A DNA stretch of 64,000 bases from NCBI GenBank assembly GCA_038231275.1, contig JBBRLQ010000012.1, positions 32,001 to 96,000 of the forward strand. Reading direction: 5' to 3'. The notes beneath the pieces were generated by a model, which had not been told where the DNA came from, made no database searches, and worked only from the letters and a program-made list of their open reading frames with translations. A program made the position numbers and the translations under genes. Positions 61,429 through 64,000 of this stretch are shown here, one piece after another. Each line of letters begins with the position of its first letter. Position 1 is the stretch's first letter. The DNA comes from Polyangiales bacterium. Lineage in GTDB: Bacteria; Myxococcota_A; Polyangia; Polyangiales; Polyangiaceae.

Positions 61429-61480
61429 ACGTGAGGATTGCCTCACATTCTCAGCGAAACGTGAGGGTCGACTCACGTTT
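61422..61480. promoter_or_regulatory. Two palindromic TetR-type operators overlapping a TTGACA -35 box
   Basis: AAACGTGAG-N6-CTCACATTC (61427-50) and AAACGTGAG-N6-CTCACGTTT (61457-80). Confidence 0.8.
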
Positions 61481-61507
61481 TGCCGCTCGGAGCGTTTGGG
61501 GAGAACC

Positions 61508-62905
61508 ATGGCGCGTGAATCTACCAAGAACGGGGCCCCTCCGGGCCCGCCCGGGGTGCCCATCCTCGGAAATCTGCTGCAAGGCTGGCGCGATCCGCTC
61601 GGCCTCTTCGTGCGGACCCAGCGCGACTGCGGCGATTTCGCCCGTCTCCGCTTCGGCCCCTACGACTATTACCTCCTGCACGATCCGGTCGACGTGCACC
61701 ACGTCCTCGTCGACAACCACCGCGCCTACACCAAGAGCCGCAACTACGCCGGGCTTAAGCTCGTGCTCGGGCAAGGGCTACTGACGAGCGAGGGGGACTT
61801 CTGGCGCAGCCAGCGCAAGCTCGCGCAGCCGGCGTTCCATCGCCAGAGGATGAGCGGCTTCGTCGACACGATGGCGAAGGACACGGCATCGATGCTCGAG
61901 CGGTGGGCCGACCTCTCCGAGCCCGCAGTCGACGCGCACGCGGAGATGATGCGCCTCACGCTGCGCATCGTCGGCCGAACGCTCTTCAGCACCGACGTCG
62001 ACGGCGAGGCCCCGGCGGTCGGCGCGGCCCTCACCCACGCCCTGGCGTGGACGAACAACTACGTGGAGTCCATCGTCAAGGTGCCCCCGTGGTTGCCGAC
62101 GCCCGAGAACCTGCGCTTCAAGCGGTCCAAGAAGACGCTCGACGATCTCGTCTTCCGCATCCTCGAGACACGGCGGGCGAGCGGAGAGGACCCCGGCGAT
62201 CTCCTGGGAATGCTCATGGCGGTGCGCGACGAAGACACCCGCGAGGGCATGAGCGACAAGCAGCTCCGCGACGAGGTGATGACGCTCGTCGTCGCCGGCC
62301 ACGAGACGACGACGAACCTCCTCGCGTGGGCGTTCTACCTCCTTTCGGAGCATCCCGACGTCGCGCGGCGCCTCAAGACCGAGGTCGACCAGGTCCTCTG
62401 CGGGCGCGTGCCGACGCTGGCGGATCTGCCGCGCCTCGCGTACACGAAGCAGGTCATCGAGGAGTCGCTCCGCCTCTACCCGCCGGCCTGGGTGTTCGAG
62501 CGGCAAGCGGTGGTCGACGACGAGATCAAGGGCTACCGCCTCCCCAAGGGCAGCATCATCGGCATCAGCCCGTGGAGCATCCATCGCTCGCCGAGCCTGT
62601 GGAACGATCCGGAGAGGTTCGATCCCGATCGCTTTCTCCCGGCGCCGGTCGCCGCACGGCCGAAGTTCGCTTACCTGCCCTTCGGCGGAGGTCCGCGCTT
62701 CTGCATCGGGAACGGCTTCGCCATGATGGAGGCGCAGGTCATCGTGGCGATGATCGCGCAGAAGTATTCGCTCGATCTCGTCCCCGGCCACCCGGTCGTG
62801 CCCGATCCGCTGGTGACGCTACGGCCGCGCTTCGGCATGCAGATGATCTTGAACCGAGCGGCGGCGAGCGTGGAGCCGACGGGGGATACGCTGCGAGTCG
62901 CGTGA
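61508..62905 (+). CDS. Cytochrome P450
   Basis: PPGP, AGHETT, EESLR, PERFDP, FGGGPRFCIG. Confidence 0.97.
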   Translation: MARESTKNGAPPGPPGVPILGNLLQGWRDPLGLFVRTQRDCGDFARLRFGPYDYYLLHDPVDVHHVLVDNHRAYTKSRNYAGLKLVLGQGLLTSEGDFWRSQRKLAQPAFHRQRMSGFVDTMAKDTASMLERWADLSEPAVDAHAEMMRLTLRIVGRTLFSTDVDGEAPAVGAALTHALAWTNNYVESIVKVPPWLPTPENLRFKRSKKTLDDLVFRILETRRASGEDPGDLLGMLMAVRDEDTREGMSDKQLRDEVMTLVVAGHETTTNLLAWAFYLLSEHPDVARRLKTEVDQVLCGRVPTLADLPRLAYTKQVIEESLRLYPPAWVFERQAVVDDEIKGYRLPKGSIIGISPWSIHRSPSLWNDPERFDPDRFLPAPVAARPKFAYLPFGGGPRFCIGNGFAMMEAQVIVAMIAQKYSLDLVPGHPVVPDPLVTLRPRFGMQMILNRAAASVEPTGDTLRVA

Positions 62906-62937
62906 TACCGTGCCTCGGAGAGGAGGTGGATGCGGCG

Positions 62938-63552
62938 ATGCGGTTCGGGCCCGACTACCGCGAGACCCACACGCTCAAGGACGGCACCCAGGTCACCCTG
63001 CGGATGATCCGTCCGAGCGACAGGAGCTCCCTCAAGAGCGGGATCGCGCGGCTGTCTCCCGAGTCGCGCTACCGCCGCTTCTTCGCGCAGCTCGGCGAGC
63101 CCACCGACGACATGCTCGACTACCTCACCAACGTCGACGGCAAAGACCACGTCGCGATCGTCGCCGAGCGCGACTCACTCGACTTGAAGACGGTCGAGCC
63201 GCTCGGCGTCGCGCGTTTCATCCGCTTGCCGACGGCGCCGAACGTGGCGGAGGCGGCGGTCACCGTCGGCGACTGGTTCCATCACCGCGGCCTCGGCAAG
63301 CTCTTGTCGGCCACGATGGCGGAGGCCGCGGTGGAGCGCGGGATCACGAAGTTCCGTGGTGAGGTGCTCGCGACGAACGCGCCGATGCGCCACCTCCTCG
63401 AGGAGATCGGCGCCGAGCAAGTGGGCGGCAGCGATGGCACCGTCGCGTTCGATGTCTCGCTCACCGACGGCACCGAGCCACGGGGGCGGCTCGAGCGCGT
63501 GATCCGCGCGGCCGGCGAGCAGATGTTCGACTACCTGCGCCACTTCATCTGA
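62938..63552 (+). CDS. GNAT acetyltransferase (acyl-CoA synthetase-associated type)
   Basis: LSPESRYRRFF, AEAAVTV.D...RGLG, VLATN.PM. Confidence 0.85.
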   Translation: MRFGPDYRETHTLKDGTQVTLRMIRPSDRSSLKSGIARLSPESRYRRFFAQLGEPTDDMLDYLTNVDGKDHVAIVAERDSLDLKTVEPLGVARFIRLPTAPNVAEAAVTVGDWFHHRGLGKLLSATMAEAAVERGITKFRGEVLATNAPMRHLLEEIGAEQVGGSDGTVAFDVSLTDGTEPRGRLERVIRAAGEQMFDYLRHFI

Positions 63553-63594
63553 AGAGCGCAGGCAGGACCGCCGACCGGCGAAGACGATACGTCG

Positions 63595-64000
63595 TCAGTT
63601 CTTGACGACACCGGCCCATACCGGCGTGTGCTCGCCGTTGATGTCCGCGGTGACGACGAACGACTCGTACTTGCTCGTGCCGGTGGAGTTCACGGTGATG
63701 GTGAGCTTCAGCACGTCGCCGTTCACGCCGGTCGTCTTGTTCCACGCGAAGCCCAGCGACGTCTCGCCGCGGTGCTGCTTCGCCGCGACGGTGAACGGCG
63801 CGGTCGGCGCCGTGCTCCACAGTTTCACGTCGACCGTCTTCGACTGTCCCTGGCCGATCGTGATGCCGGGGCCCGAGCCCGAGCCCGGGATGTTGATCGT
63901 CTCCGGCATGATGGGCGCCGCGGCGATGTACGGCTGATCCGGCAGTACCGGCAGGCACGGGTCGAGGTTGCCGGCGGCCGCCGCCTTGTTCGACCACCCG
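63595..64000 (-). CDS. C-terminal part of a secreted protein, probably Phi-1-like with an Ig-like tail; partial
   Basis: Frame runs off the window: GWSNKAAAAGNLDPCLPVLPDQPYIAAAP... Confidence 0.6.
   Translation of the reverse strand, partial: GWSNKAAAAGNLDPCLPVLPDQPYIAAAPIMPETINIPGSGSGPGITIGQGQSKTVDVKLWSTAPTAPFTVAAKQHRGETSLGFAWNKTTGVNGDVLKLTITVNSTGTSKYESFVVTADINGEHTPVWAGVVKN

Overview
High-GC chromosomal window that looks myxobacterial (Polyangiaceae/Labilithrix-like by gene content: many Cys-rich lipoproteins, ECF sigma modules, a Ser/Thr kinase, (CCGACN)n repeats). It holds about 63 plausible CDSs; most long ORFs in the supplied track are GC-driven shadow frames. No transposase, integrase, rRNA or CRISPR array was seen. 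Recognisable content: adenylate cyclase, a beta-lactamase-family/NamZ fusion, a dispersed eukaryote-like urease system (ureD, fused ureAB, ureC, ureF, His-rich ureG, no ureE), two paralogous ECF/anti-sigma/beta-barrel modules, a SigK/RskA-like pair, HMG-CoA synthase, a sigma54-type TPR-YfaP/VIT-vWA/beta-propeller operon, an ABC-2 exporter, a nitrilase and a TetR-P450 pair. The standout is 20.7-25.1 kb. A roughly 600-nt structured non-coding leader contains a circularly permuted tRNA-Lys(CUU)-like element with Y RNA/YrlA-like topology. It precedes a four-gene operon: a divergent Ro60/TROVE-vWA-like protein, a protein with an E2-like catalytic Cys motif, a ubiquitin-like protein ending in Gly, and a ThiF/E1 enzyme. 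This is a candidate RNA-linked ubiquitin-like conjugation system. All family assignments are by eye from motifs and recalled reference sequences; no database searches were run.
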